DNA of 64,000 nt from an uncultured virus (IMG/VR IMGVR_UViG_3300032270_000884) (Duplodnaviria; Heunggongvirae; Uroviricota; Caudoviricetes). The position numbers were made by a program, and so were the translations under genes. Each line of letters opens with the position of its first letter. Positions within the stretch are counted from its first letter, which is position 1. The stretch lies in the IMG/VR virus record IMGVR_UViG_3300032270_000884; one strand, given 5' to 3'. Below are positions 47,912-56,131 of the stretch, piece after piece. The notes below the pieces were generated by a model that saw only the letters and a program-made list of their open reading frames with translations, did not search any database and was not told the DNA's origin.

Positions 47912-48437
47912 TGTCCACCTCCACCAATCTGTTGATAATCCATTGAACAACAGGCACTGCAACAGCATTACCCATTTGCTTATATCGTTGTGAATCAGAC
48001 TGTGTGTCAGTCCAACCATCAGGGAACCCCTGTAAGCGCTCGCACTCTACTGGAGTAAGTCTACGAACAGTTGCATCTTCATACGCCAACGTGTCTTTAG
48101 CACGTCGAGCATTAAGACTTGGCGAAACATCTTCTTTAGGGAAGTCATACAACTCAAAGTTTCCTACTTGTGCCACATCACTATCCGTTCTTGCCACCAT
48201 TGGCATATTGTTTCCACCTGTGCCCATGCGGGCCTGTAACGTATTGATAACCGCGCCTTGCATTCTTAGATCATCCACACGATTACCATAGAAGATAAGA
48301 ACTGTAGCTCTTGTGTCTCCATTGTTATCAAAAGCGTTGAGTGTTGGAGTTACATCTCCATCTACCCATGTCTCGAAATCATCCACGTTCTGCGCTCTCC
48401 TACTCTTGATGTACCACAAGGTGACCACTATCCACAT
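47889..48437 (-). CDS. C5 DNA methyltransferase C-terminal part (TRD repeats, motifs IX-X)
   Basis: RRLTPVECERLQGFPD, YKQMGNAV; MGTGGNN. Confidence 0.85.
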   Translation of the reverse strand: MWIVVTLWYIKSRRAQNVDDFETWVDGDVTPTLNAFDNNGDTRATVLIFYGNRVDDLRMQGAVINTLQARMGTGGNNMPMVARTDSDVAQVGNFELYDFPKEDVSPSLNARRAKDTLAYEDATVRRLTPVECERLQGFPDGWTDTQSDSQRYKQMGNAVAVPVVQWIINRLVEVDNGLNGKS

Positions 48438-49134
48438 CTTGGTTGACTACTGTTGCATGATGGTAAATCTCAGCAGGAATAGCGTTTGCTACTTTGCGCC
48501 CATGCCCCGCTCTAGTGCTGAGTGGAGTAGCGCTGGCAATGACTTTCCTCTTTTTGTCGCTCGTCTCAAGATGCCCTCGCATGCCTTCGATGAGAGCAAG
48601 TACTTCTGAAGGTGCACTCCCGTCGTTTCCAAGACATCCAACAATGAAGACTCTACGGCGTCTTTGGGCGACTCCAAAGTGCTGAGCGTCAAGAATCCTG
48701 TATGCGACCCCATACCCGCGCTCAACCAACGCCCCGATAACGGTTCCCATGTCTCTTCCGTCGTTAGATGACAATAAACCGGGGACGTTTTCGAGGATGA
48801 ACCACTTCGCTTTGGTTTCGTCGAGGATGCGACAGATTTCCCAAAAGAGTCCTGACCGAGATCCAGCGAGTCCTGCCCGTTTACCCGCAACGCTGAGGTC
48901 TTGGCAAGGGAAGCCTCCGACAATAATTCCTTCACTACCGTTGAATCCGAGTTCTCTAAGTTGATCACCTGTTACATCCTTTACATCGTTGATAAGTGTT
49001 GAGTTTGGAAATTGTTTTGCTAGTACAGCTCGTGCATGTTTATCGATTTCACATGATGCAACGACTGATACACCAGCACGTTCCAACGCTAAATCAAATC
49101 CACCTACACCAGCGAATAAAGATACGGCTTTCAT
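48400..49134 (-). CDS. C5 DNA methyltransferase N-terminal catalytic part (motifs I-VIII)
   Basis: LFAGVGG, GGFPCQD, ENVPG, QRRRRVFIVG. Confidence 0.93.
   Translation of the reverse strand: MKAVSLFAGVGGFDLALERAGVSVVASCEIDKHARAVLAKQFPNSTLINDVKDVTGDQLRELGFNGSEGIIVGGFPCQDLSVAGKRAGLAGSRSGLFWEICRILDETKAKWFILENVPGLLSSNDGRDMGTVIGALVERGYGVAYRILDAQHFGVAQRRRRVFIVGCLGNDGSAPSEVLALIEGMRGHLETSDKKRKVIASATPLSTRAGHGRKVANAIPAEIYHHATVVNQDVDSGHLVVHQE
48489..48968 (-). CDS. nested alternative-frame methyltransferase-associated polypeptide
   Basis: 159-aa same-strand frame inside the catalytic ORF ending SSLLDVLE...KYLLSSKACEGILRRA..RGK.LP. Confidence 0.65.
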   Translation of the reverse strand: MINLENSDSTVVKELLSEASLAKTSALRVNGQDSLDLGQDSFGKSVASSTKPKRSGSSSKTSPVYCHLTTEETWEPLSGRWLSAGMGSHTGFLTLSTLESPKDAVESSLLDVLETTGVHLQKYLLSSKACEGILRRATKRGKSLPALLHSALERGMGAK

Positions 49135-49355
49135 TCATCCACATCCTTAAGATATTCAAGAGTTCTCTCAGCTTCCATGATGTATATAAGAACGCTGTTT
49201 ATATCCTCTTGTGTTAATGGTTGAGGTAATTCTTGAAGGGCACAACGTGCTGCCACGAGGTTGGCGCCTACTAATCCTTTAACGGTTAGCGTTGCATCCT
49301 CGAATGTACCTGTTTTAAGCATATGGATCATGATTGCATCTTTAGTTGAAATCAT
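49131..49355 (-). CDS. hypothetical protein
   Basis: 74 aa, ATGA overlaps. Confidence 0.6.
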   Translation of the reverse strand: MISTKDAIMIHMLKTGTFEDATLTVKGLVGANLVAARCALQELPQPLTQEDINSVLIYIMEAERTLEYLKDVDE

Positions 49356-49495
49356 TCGTCCTCTCCCACTTTGATGATATGAAGTCGCCCTTCTTCCTGC
49401 AACGATTGCAGTATCTGTTCTTTTGTATCTTTGTCCGAAAATTTTGAATACACCTTCGGCTTTGATTCAATAGGTATTACAGTCTCAAAATCCAT
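49352..49495 (-). CDS. 47-aa hypothetical protein
   Basis: MDFETVIPIESKPKVYSKFSDKDTKEQILQSLQEEGRLHIIKVGEDE fills the gap with overlaps. Confidence 0.55.
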   Translation of the reverse strand: MDFETVIPIESKPKVYSKFSDKDTKEQILQSLQEEGRLHIIKVGEDE

Positions 49496-49751
49496 GAACG
49501 TCAGCCTCATCTGCTATTTCTGACCACTTGTTAATAACATCGTGAATCATCCATAAGCATTGATCATCTGAATAGACTTCACCATCAAGGTCACGAATTG
49601 ACCCAACAATATCTAATACACGACCATTGAGTTCATCTGCTGGAATCTTGCCCTCTCGCAGGTCATCTACATCAGCCATGACCTCCGCCAGTGATGGCGG
49701 GTCGCCCAAAAATTGCTCGCCATTGCTGTCGTATCTAATAATGCGACTCAT
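49485..49751 (-). CDS. acidic hypothetical protein
   Basis: 88 aa, coupled. Confidence 0.65.
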   Translation of the reverse strand: MSRIIRYDSNGEQFLGDPPSLAEVMADVDDLREGKIPADELNGRVLDIVGSIRDLDGEVYSDDQCLWMIHDVINKWSEIADEADVHGF

Positions 49752-49996
49752 GCGCTCACCTTCTTACTTGCATCGACCTTGGCTTGAGAATAGCCCTTGG
49801 AGTGCCAACCTGCCCAAAACTTGGCATAGGTCGCATCTACATATAACTTGATTACTTCTTCTTGTTGCTTGCTGGTGAGGGCTGGACGTACTAGGTCCAT
49901 AAGGGCATGAAATGCCACTTCGCTCTCTTTCTCGTGCTTAGCTTCTTCTTCTAGGTGGTACTCGATTACATGATCGAACATAGTTCCGTATTCCAT
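49748..49996 (-). CDS. hypothetical protein, first gene after promoter P1
   Basis: GGGAG RBS. Confidence 0.7.
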   Translation of the reverse strand: MEYGTMFDHVIEYHLEEEAKHEKESEVAFHALMDLVRPALTSKQQEEVIKLYVDATYAKFWAGWHSKGYSQAKVDASKKVSA

Positions 49997-50086
49997 TTGT
50001 TTCTCCCTTTGTGAGTGGTAGGTGGCGGCTTTTCATATACAAGGTGAAACATCGCCTTAAACGACCTCAACGCGTTTACAAAGAGA

Positions 50087-50141
50087 ACATTAGGGCCATG
50101 AGGCTTAGTGGCCAATAGGATTTGATGTGACGTGCATCACG
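50087..50141 (-). promoter_or_regulatory. cassette promoter P1 with CRP-like box
   Basis: -35 TTGGCC, 17 nt, -10 TAATGT; TGTGACGTGCATCACG 10 nt upstream of -35. Confidence 0.8.
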
Positions 50142-50339
50142 CTGGCGAAAGGGCGCTTAATAGATTTACATCTCCTTGTTTTAATTAGAGAGAGCCTATT
50201 CAAGAGAGATATAGAGAGGGATTGAGTGTGCTCATACGATCTCTGCTTGATTAGTCTCTCATCTAGCCAGAGATGGCTACATATGCGTATATGTTTCTGG
50301 GAAACAGGCTGTAGAGCTGGTTGCACGACTGCTGGGTCA

Positions 50340-50355
50340 TGTGATGTGGCTCACA
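50340..50355. promoter_or_regulatory. isolated CRP-like box
   Basis: TGTGA-TGTGGC-TCACA. Confidence 0.65.
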
Positions 50356-50401
50356 GTAGCCTAATTAGCAGATTTGTCGACATTTAATGTCGGCTATATG
50401 G

Positions 50402-50464
50402 CTCTCTCTACTCTCTCTCTCTCTCCTTCTCTCTCTCTTCAGCTCATTCTCTCTTATCTCTCTC
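50402..50464. repeat. (CT)n polypyrimidine tract
   Basis: about 60 nt almost entirely C/T. Confidence 0.85.
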
Positions 50465-50572
50465 GAGATCGCAAATTCCCGGTGGAATGAGCCAGAATGG
50501 GTCAACAAAGCTGAGTCGGTACGACTCAACTCTCTCTGCTGTGGCCAGGATCACTACAAAAGCTATTGACAA

Positions 50573-50628
50573 AGCTCTCTCTTTACCCTATCCCGAAGGG
50601 ATAAGGGGAGGGTGGGCCAACACAAACA
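50573..50628 (+). repeat. hairpin/G-tract/CCAACACAAACA element copy 1
   Basis: GCTCTCTC...TATCCC GAA GGGATA...GGGGAGGGTGGG CCAACACAAACA. Confidence 0.85.
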
Positions 50629-50661
50629 TTTGGATGGGTGTAGGCTAAAAAAAACAACCAT

Positions 50662-50708
50662 AAAAAAAGAAAAAGCTCCCGGCAGGAGGGCTAACTACCG
50701 CCGGGAGC
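50662..50708 (-). terminator. cassette terminator
   Basis: GCTCCCGGC...GCCGGGAGC stem with adjacent A run on + (U run on -). Confidence 0.8.
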
Positions 50709-50806
50709 GTGTGCTCTACTCGTCTCCGAGGAGCAACTCTGTGTCTTCTAGGGCATCGATGATCTCTAATCCCTCTCTAAGTACTTGATCCATTAACACC
50801 AGGAAT

Positions 50807-51082
50807 TCATTCGTCATAGTCTACCCATGGATCCAGGTGATGAGCGTCCACTATTGCATAAGCTGGCGCCTCTTTCTGGCCTTTCCATAGTACGCCATCG
50901 GGTAACGTGATTAAGCGCTCGCGCTCGCCATCGTTAACGGCCGTGATGGCATCGATGCATGGGAATACCATGCTAGTCGGTACCGGCGGGTAATGATTAT
51001 TTTGCAGCTGTATCTTAATTTGGTGCTGTAGCCCGAGGTCGTGTGTACCTCCAGCTAGCTCTAGTGCCAGGTTTCTTCCCAT
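50807..51082 (-). CDS. hypothetical protein
   Basis: 91 aa, GGGGAG RBS. Confidence 0.7.
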   Translation of the reverse strand: MGRNLALELAGGTHDLGLQHQIKIQLQNNHYPPVPTSMVFPCIDAITAVNDGERERLITLPDGVLWKGQKEAPAYAIVDAHHLDPWVDYDE

Positions 51083-51092
51083 ATCTCTCCCC

Positions 51093-51794
51093 TTATCGTT
51101 TACTTATTGAGAATGTAATGTTTGCGTCGGCCTTTAGGCAGATTCTGCATGCGACGCATGCGCCCTCTAGTGGAATTTGCTTCCGCTGTTCCGGACACTT
51201 AGCGCCTCTCTCGCCTAATTCCATGAGCATGTCTTTCGCTTGAGCAAAAGTCTCATGTAATCCGGCCAGCTTGATACCGTGCTCTTTCAATCTCTTAGCC
51301 GATTCGATATTCTCGCTATCGGTTGAGAAATATAACGCTAGGTTATCCATGCCCTTGAGCATATACGCGGCAGATTCTACACGTGTGTATACCCAAAATA
51401 GGATATCCGGGTTATTTAGAATAACGTGCTTCCATGCGAATGCATAGTCTGGCTTAAAGAAATCCCCGTCCCAATGGATCCGGAATTCTTTAGGCGCATC
51501 CCATTTATCGCATTCCTTGCGAAAGTCTGCAATCATGTCCATTAATAGCGCTTCCATAGTGTCATGGTCCGCGTCTCTCAATAAATCCCAATTATGGATG
51601 AGATTAGCCTTAACGCCACTATAAATTTTCTCTAGCTTGCCCGCGTAGCATATGCGTGTGCATATACTAGTGGCGCTAGGGCATGAATATGCCTTACCCG
51701 CCGGGAGACCGAAAGAATTCGCTATTCTTACGCCGCCCGATGCGGTGAGTGAATTAGCTACCTTGCGGTCCTTACTACGTTTTAATTTCTCCAT
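51093..51794 (-). CDS. GP88-like (radical-SAM-related) protein
   Basis: SF.LPAG...CP.AT..C...CYA, FRIHWDGDF, FWVYTR, C-terminal CP...C..C..C. Confidence 0.75.
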   Translation of the reverse strand: MEKLKRSKDRKVANSLTASGGVRIANSFGLPAGKAYSCPSATSICTRICYAGKLEKIYSGVKANLIHNWDLLRDADHDTMEALLMDMIADFRKECDKWDAPKEFRIHWDGDFFKPDYAFAWKHVILNNPDILFWVYTRVESAAYMLKGMDNLALYFSTDSENIESAKRLKEHGIKLAGLHETFAQAKDMLMELGERGAKCPEQRKQIPLEGACVACRICLKADANITFSISKR

Positions 51795-51843
51795 GATTAG
51801 CCCTCTCTCTTTCATTCCTTATTTAACCCTAGGGCCCTCTAGT

Positions 51844-51953
51844 GGCCAATAGCATTTGCTGTGATATAGGTCACACCTGGATGAGCTTCTCTCTCCAACA
51901 ACTCCCTTACGAAGTAAGTGAGAAACAGGGCGGGAGGGTTTCCAACACAAACA
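51844..51953. repeat. promoter P2 + CRP box + element copy 2
   Basis: GGCCAA 51844, TGTGATATAGGTCACA 51860-51875, GGGCGGGAGGG, CCAACACAAACA 51942-51953; -10 atypical. Confidence 0.85.
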
Positions 51954-51995
51954 AAGCGCGACCCCAGCGGCCGGAGCCGCCAGGATCGCACCGGG

Positions 51996-52175
51996 CTATT
52001 TATTAATCAGAGCTTCCAATTCATAGAGAGCATCTGTGTACCCTTCCCAGTACTTTCTCTCCATGGATTCCATAGCATCTGAATATCCATTCTCTTCCTC
52101 GATTGTTTTAGCATCTAGGTAGGCTGCTGACCCTTCGACCAGCAGCCGTCCCACGATGCTTAATGCGTCAGGCAT
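51996..52175 (-). CDS. hypothetical protein
   Basis: AMESMERKYWEG..DAL; start about 52175. Confidence 0.6.
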   Translation of the reverse strand: MPDALSIVGRLLVEGSAAYLDAKTIEEENGYSDAMESMERKYWEGYTDALYELEALINK

Positions 52176-52626
52176 CTTCCCAATCAGCTGAGCTAACTGC
52201 CCAGCTATCACAGCTCGAATCTCCCGAGCTGGTATCTACTGAGACCCAATCACTGATCCAGGTCTCTGCATCGAAATCTTCTACTTCATCCATTGGTAGC
52301 TCAACCGTAACTTCTACTTCAATTACAGCTGTGATCCGAATTTCAGCTTTTGGTTCGTAACCCAGGATCTCCTGCAAAGCAGCCAGGATCTCCGATGCTT
52401 CTGTATTCGGGTTATACCAATCGTTGCGGGTCATGTGCTCCTGGATCGAAGCTATTGTGGCCCGGAGCTTTTGAGCTTCGGTGCGAGCTTCGCGCCCTTG
52501 GTGCAGCGTCCACTCGAGGTCCACTACCTTGTCGGTAATGTATTCTGGTGCTTCTGGTTCAGCATAGGTGCCAGCTATCTTTTTATAAGTAACTAGCGCA
52601 TTTGGGTTATATGTATCGACGCTCAT
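52168..52626 (-). CDS. acidic hypothetical protein
   Basis: start at ATGA overlap 52626. Confidence 0.65.
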   Translation of the reverse strand: MSVDTYNPNALVTYKKIAGTYAEPEAPEYITDKVVDLEWTLHQGREARTEAQKLRATIASIQEHMTRNDWYNPNTEASEILAALQEILGYEPKAEIRITAVIEVEVTVELPMDEVEDFDAETWISDWVSVDTSSGDSSCDSWAVSSADWEDA

Positions 52627-52868
52627 GCCTTCACCCCCTTGAGCATTGCATTGAGCTCGGCCTTGATTCGGCGAGCATTCTCTCCTCTCCATGAGGTGAG
52701 ATTAGCAAGCGCATATAACACTATTGATTCAGCGCTATCAGCGAAGTAAGTATCGCTAATTGAATTTAGCGATTTCATTGGTGTCACATATGCTTCTGCA
52801 TATACGTACCAATCCTTGGTACTGCATTCCCACTCAATCTCTTGAGCGATTTCATTCAGTGCTCTCAT
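52623..52868 (-). CDS. conserved phage protein
   Basis: R.L.EIA.EI...YFADSA.SIV.Y.L.N..SWRGE.AR.IKAEL. Confidence 0.7.
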   Translation of the reverse strand: MRALNEIAQEIEWECSTKDWYVYAEAYVTPMKSLNSISDTYFADSAESIVLYALANLTSWRGENARRIKAELNAMLKGVKA

Positions 52869-52906
52869 GTAGCCCTCCCAGTGAATGACCGTCATCCACT
52901 AAGAGC

Positions 52907-53034
52907 AACTTATGCCCACTCTCTCTAGTGGCCAATGGCTTTTGCTGTTATCTACATCACACCCAGGATCGAGCTCTCTCTTACCCATTCCCTGAAAGGG
53001 TTAGACAGGGTGGGAGGGCTGTCCAACACAAACA
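52907..53034. repeat. promoter P3 + CRP-like box + element copy 3
   Basis: -35 TTGGCC/17/-10 TAAGTT on - strand; TGTTATCTACATCACA; GGGTGGGAGGG; CCAACACAAACA 53023-53034. Confidence 0.85.
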
Positions 53035-53104
53035 TTAGGCATCGGGAAAAGAAGTTTTGGCGCCCTAAAAAACCGGGCAGCTGATCGAGCAGCTGGATCC
53101 AGGT

Positions 53105-53139
53105 AAAGAAAAACGCCCCCAGCTTTTGGCTGAGGGCGC
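53105..53139 (-). terminator. cassette terminator
   Basis: CGCCCCCAGC TTTTG GCTGAGGGCG stem next to A run. Confidence 0.75.
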
Positions 53140-53223
53140 TTCTCTAATCACCACACGGTTCGTCGTGCTTGTGAATCCAAGAACACTTGTCACATGTCTC
53201 TTCCCACTCACGCATCACGGCCA

Positions 53224-53775
53224 TTAGGCCGTGACCTTATTCTTCTCAAAGCGATTTACTATGCCTTCTGGTAATGGCTCGTATGGGTCAATAAGGAATG
53301 TCTTGCTGGTGAACTTTCCATCAACCATGTCAGACTCGAAGTGCATGTATTTGTATGGCTCAGGTTCGTCCCATCTGCGAATTTCACCTGATACGAATAA
53401 CTTGCCGTCCTTGACAAGGTATAACCAGCGCTCGCCTTCTTCCCCACTCCATTCCATTTCAGAACCATCTTTGACGAATGGTGCAAGGACTGCGAGTAGT
53501 AAATCTTCTTGACCTGTTTTGTTGTTGTATCCATCTATAGAGAATGTCCCTTGACTTTCTGATGTCTCGAATCCGAAAGCGTTGACAATCTCTTCTGCTT
53601 TAGTGGCACTCTCAAATTCAGAATCATTGACCCATGAGAACCATGACTCTCCACCTGATGAACCGCCACGCTTGATGCTGTGATACTTGGTTGGCATTTC
53701 TTTTAGAGTTGCCAATAATTCAGGAGATTCGGTAAGTTCCCAATCTGATGAATGTAAAGATACGTAGTAACCCAC
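53224..53775 (-). CDS. hypothetical protein
   Basis: GTG start 53775 behind GGGCTAAC; LAPFVKDGS.MEW.GEEG..W. Confidence 0.7.
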   Translation of the reverse strand: MGYYVSLHSSDWELTESPELLATLKEMPTKYHSIKRGGSSGGESWFSWVNDSEFESATKAEEIVNAFGFETSESQGTFSIDGYNNKTGQEDLLLAVLAPFVKDGSEMEWSGEEGERWLYLVKDGKLFVSGEIRRWDEPEPYKYMHFESDMVDGKFTSKTFLIDPYEPLPEGIVNRFEKNKVTA

Positions 53776-53815
53776 GTTAGCCCTTCTCTCTCTTAGCACC
53801 TTGCTAAGTAGTAGA

Positions 53816-53947
53816 ACCTTCTCATGCATGGCCCTAGTCACCAATGACATTTGTAGTGATTCACATCACACCTGGATCCGAGCTACCCGGTGAGCTTCTC
53901 TCATACATACATACTCCCTAAACGGGGTGGGAGGGCCAACACAAACA
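53816..53947. repeat. promoter P4 + CRP-like box + element copy 4
   Basis: -35 TTGGTG/17/GAAGGT; AGTGATTCACATCACA; GGGGTGGGAGGG; CCAACACAAACA 53936-53947. Confidence 0.85.
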
Positions 53948-54030
53948 AACGCGCCGGGCGAGCTGCCCGGGATCTCAGCTGTATTAGTGGGCCATTTTAA
54001 AGTGTGGCCCAGCACTCTCGTAGTTTGGGG

Positions 54031-54213
54031 CTAACGAGAAACCTTTACCTGCCCCAGTCTCTCAGGAACGTATGTCGTCCAACGGATCACGAGATCCGCG
54101 GTCAACAACTTCAATCTAGTGGAGCCCGTGTCATTTGGCACGATTTCCATGATTACTCCAGTAACGCCAGTCTTTTGCGTAGTGTAGGTATCACCTACTT
54201 CTAATCTAGGCAT
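54031..54213 (-). CDS. small SH3-like beta protein (paralog of 38469-38672)
   Basis: VGDTYTTQKTGVTGVIMEIVPNDTGSTR...RWTT. Confidence 0.7.
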   Translation of the reverse strand: MPRLEVGDTYTTQKTGVTGVIMEIVPNDTGSTRLKLLTADLVIRWTTYVPERLGQVKVSR

Positions 54214-54457
54214 TGAGTGTCCTCACTTCTCCACCTTGCGGATGCTCCGCAGGTAGTGCTAGTCCGAACAAGAATCCCCCGCCATTACCCTCAGGGTCCT
54301 GCGATACTGAGATTAGTCCAATCTCACCATTAGCGAATTGAACGGTGAACTCAGGGAACCCGTCACCTAAATCATCCTCGGTATTCATACCGTCGAATGA
54401 TAGGATGCGAGCGCCTACGAATGAACCGTAATACCGCTTCCAAAAATCATCTGCCAT
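54206..54457 (-). CDS. hypothetical protein
   Basis: SQDPEGNGGGFLF motif; start 54457. Confidence 0.7.
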   Translation of the reverse strand: MADDFWKRYYGSFVGARILSFDGMNTEDDLGDGFPEFTVQFANGEIGLISVSQDPEGNGGGFLFGLALPAEHPQGGEVRTLNA

Positions 54458-54501
54458 GTTAGCCCCCATTCGTTAGATACTGTGCTTCTCTAACAAGATG
54501 A

Positions 54502-54619
54502 ACACTATGCCCTAGCGCTTTACTCACCAATAGCATTTGTAGTGATGTGCGTCACAGCTTCTCTCTCCTACCTTCCCTGTAAGGGAAAGGATCAGGGCGG
54601 GTGGGATCCAACACAAACA
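54502..54619. repeat. promoter P5 + CRP box + element copy 5
   Basis: -35 TTGGTG/17/-10 TAGTGT; AGTGATGTGCGTCACA; GGGCGGGTGGG; CCAACACAAACA 54608-54619. Confidence 0.85.
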
Positions 54620-54661
54620 AATAGGCTAGGCATTGGGAAAATAATGTATTTTGGCATCCCT

Positions 54662-54695
54662 AAAAAAATAGAGCGCCCCCCGAAGGGAGCGCCCT
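54662..54695 (-). terminator. cassette terminator
   Basis: GCGCCCCC CGAA GGGAGCGC stem beside A run. Confidence 0.7.
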
Positions 54696-54711
54696 ACTTA
54701 TTGGCTAGGGG

Positions 54712-55170
54712 CTAAGCGATAGCCAACTCTTCTTCGACCTTGAAGGTTTCTACAACCTTTGGGTGCAACTCGTTACGCATTGAAGCGAACGCGTCTTTTG
54801 ACCAACCTGCTTTGAACACTCGGTCAAGCAACTTAGCAAGTGAATACTCAGGGTCGAGCAACTGCGCTTGCATAAGTGATACATAAGCCAACTCGTTATC
54901 GCCAGCCTCATAATAGAACGCTGAGAGAACTGTATAAAACGGTGAGCGGTGACCTTCTTCTACTAACGGAAGGATTTCGGTGACGAACTTAATCGCGCCT
55001 TCTGCTCCGAAAGTAATGGGTGCGTGTCCTAGTAGGTAATCACGAACCTGTAAATCCTGAATTGAATACACTAGTAAATTAACTGCATTTACTGGCAACG
55101 GCTCAGACTTTACAAACGCCTCTACAATTTCATTGTAAGCGTCTAGTGCTTGCTTATTTGTTAATTTCAT
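54712..55170 (-). CDS. DUF4192-like protein
   Basis: DLQVRDYLLG ... YSLAKLL.RV...GW. Confidence 0.65.
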   Translation of the reverse strand: MKLTNKQALDAYNEIVEAFVKSEPLPVNAVNLLVYSIQDLQVRDYLLGHAPITFGAEGAIKFVTEILPLVEEGHRSPFYTVLSAFYYEAGDNELAYVSLMQAQLLDPEYSLAKLLDRVFKAGWSKDAFASMRNELHPKVVETFKVEEELAIA

Positions 55171-55219
55171 TTCTTAGCCCCTCTTTCGTAAGTTACTTCC
55201 GTTTCACTTACTAACCCGA

Positions 55220-55343
55220 ACATTACAACCGCCTCTATTAGTCACCAATACCTTTTGCTGTGATGTGCGTCACATAGCTGAACTCTCTCCTCCCGATCCC
55301 TTTAGGGATAGGACACTGGGAGGGTGGGTGTCCAACACAAACA
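55220..55343. repeat. promoter P6 + CRP box + element copy 6
   Basis: -35 TTGGTG/17/-10 TAATGT; TGTGATGTGCGTCACA; GGGAGGGTGGG; CCAACACAAACA 55332-55343. Confidence 0.87.
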
Positions 55344-55397
55344 TTTTGGCGAGCCGCGCCGCCCCAGGCCGGAGCCTGGAGCAGCGAGCCGCTTCTC

Positions 55398-55817
55398 TTA
55401 TAGATACCTTGCTATGGATTTCATAGTTGAGGCATTTACTGTTTCTTCTTCGGTCATACGCAAGATGCTAAGGGCATTTGTAATGTCCTCTTTCATCTCT
55501 TTGTATTCGTGAAGGTGGATTTTGTCGTGTTCCCGCACGGGTTCTTTTGGAAACTCATTGCCATCAACTGTGAGGTCAAAATCAACATTGAGAGTCTTGT
55601 TCCACTCCCGATAGTTGGTTCTAACATTAGAAGCCTTTGAGAAGCGGTCAATAGCCCACTTTCCAATTTCTTTGCGCCACGCTTCCATAGCGTTTTGGTA
55701 TTGAGCATCATTGGACTCTTGAGAAGCAAAATCCAACTCAATTTTTTCCAACTTTGCTTGTAGAGCAGTTATTACTTTTGCTGTTGGAACTTTTACTGTT
55801 ATTGCTTTTGATGCCAT
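55398..55817 (-). CDS. hypothetical protein
   Basis: 139 aa, GGAGGGCTAA leader. Confidence 0.7.
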   Translation of the reverse strand: MASKAITVKVPTAKVITALQAKLEKIELDFASQESNDAQYQNAMEAWRKEIGKWAIDRFSKASNVRTNYREWNKTLNVDFDLTVDGNEFPKEPVREHDKIHLHEYKEMKEDITNALSILRMTEEETVNASTMKSIARYL

Positions 55818-55820
55818 TGT

Positions 55821-56087
55821 TTAGCCCTCCACTAGATTTTTAGTTGCGACATAATCAACGAAGTTAGACGCACCAGCCATACGAGAAACCATTGCTAGAG
55901 TTTCCAGTATTTGTAATGCCTCATCTCGTTCCATTCCCGCTTGGGTCATAGCGTGTGCGCCAGCCTGAATAAGCAAGTCTGAAAAGGGTGCTAGATTATT
56001 TTCTAGAAACTTTACTTCATCTCTAGAGAGGTCATCTACTCTTGCGATAAGGTCAAACACTTTGTATGCCTTCTGTTCTTCCATCAT
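55821..56087 (-). CDS. hypothetical protein
   Basis: 88 aa, GGGGCTAA leader. Confidence 0.7.
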   Translation of the reverse strand: MMEEQKAYKVFDLIARVDDLSRDEVKFLENNLAPFSDLLIQAGAHAMTQAGMERDEALQILETLAMVSRMAGASNFVDYVATKNLVEG

Positions 56088-56131
56088 TGTTTAGCCCCAA
56101 TTCGTTAGGGTCGTTCGCCCTAACTAAGAGA

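Noticed and set aside
50105..50569. ORFs 50105-50326 and 50387-50569
   Set aside because: No RBS, Leu/Ser-rich translation of CT/GA tracts, overlap regulatory motifs
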